A stretch of 64,000 nucleotides of DNA, counting the filler, from Dirinaria sp. TL-2023a (Eukaryota): assembly GCA_051941275.1 (NCBI GenBank). It is 4 parts of 4 records of this genome, joined end to end, with 100 filler letters (N's around TTAATTAATTAA, not from the genome) between each part and the next. Parts side by side here need not be neighbours in the genome. Positions count along the whole stretch, not along the records: positions 49,028 to 64,000 come from JAVEBF010000569.1; 3 more parts are not named here. One strand, given 5' to 3'. The stretch's first letter is position 1; the number at the start of each line of letters is the position of its first letter. The notes beneath the pieces were generated by a model. That model was not told the origin of the DNA, made no database searches, and saw only the letters and a list, made by a program, of their open reading frames with translations. The translations under genes were made by a program, and so were the position numbers. Shown in pieces: positions 63,544 to 64,000 of this stretch.

Positions 63544-64000
63544 TTAAACCCCACTCCGAAAAACCTGCGCCCCAGCCTGCCTAACCTGCACCGTCTCCCT
63601 CTTCTGCAGCACCACCAACGCCCGCTGCAGCGCCTGCTCGCTATACCCCCGTCCCTCAACAAACTCCCTCCTCAGCGTCGCCAAACTCGTGCTCCACCCG
63701 ATCGGCAGCCGGCGCCGGAGCTCCTCCTCCACTTTCGACGTCTCCTCCATCAGTTCCCGGCTCCCCTGCCCTCCTGATTCGCCCTGGGTCACGGCGTCCA
63801 TGGTGCTGGCGAGGAAAAGGCGGATGGCTTCGTCGACGTGGGCCTCGGTCGCGATGGGGGAGAGGGAGATCTTGGCCAGGGATTCGGAGATGCGGATTAT
63901 AGCTTCGAGTTGTCGGACGGTGATCGGGATCGAGGAGCGCGTGTTGGACGTGAGTTCCGCGGAGTGCATTTGTCGTCTGATGGAGACGAAGTGGGAGGAG
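63544..64000 (-). CDS. MCM5: DNA replication licensing factor MCM5, 3' part
   Basis: [48 protein letters not shown]. The gene continues beyond the window. Confidence 0.95.
   Translation of the reverse strand, partial: SSHFVSIRRQMHSAELTSNTRSSIPITVRQLEAIIRISESLAKISLSPIATEAHVDEAIRLFLASTMDAVTQGESGGQGSRELMEETSKVEEELRRRLPIGWSTSLATLRREFVEGRGYSEQALQRALVVLQKRETVQVRQAGAQVFRSGV

Noticed and set aside
1..64000. tRNA, rRNA, snRNA or intact transposon
   Set aside because: No convincing cloverleaf, rRNA motif, transposase or RT was seen by eye. tRNAscan-SE/Infernal would be needed to exclude small or intron-containing RNAs.

Overview
This is intron-rich DNA from a filamentous ascomycete (Pezizomycotina; GT-AG introns with CTRAC-type branch points), not a prokaryotic sequence. 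The window is four separate contigs joined by artificial 100-nt spacers (N44-TTAATTAATTAA-N44 at 16281-16380, 32607-32706, 48928-49027), so adjacency across spacers is meaningless. Contig 1 carries a secreted GMC oxidoreductase, a CFEM membrane protein, ERG27, a small secreted protein and hypotheticals. Contig 2 carries a partial CAP protein, a GST, a divergent RTA1/Zn2Cys6 pair, a 29-aa repeat protein, an F-box-like protein and an EthD protein. Contig 3 carries a partial caspase-like protein, a Pth11-like pseudogene and gene, an intronless RpiB plus atypical TPI pair, ACBP, two tandem BTB genes and a myosin light chain. Contig 4 carries an inactivated GH134-like gene missed by the ORF track, a Pth11-like gene, a candidate PemK/MazF-like protein, about 3.8 kb of decayed repeats and the 3' end of MCM5. 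The most interesting items are the candidate bacterial-type tetritol (erythritol/threitol) isomerase module, the GH134-like pseudogene, the MazF-like candidate and the caspase-like protease. All family calls come from motif recognition by eye; no searches were run.
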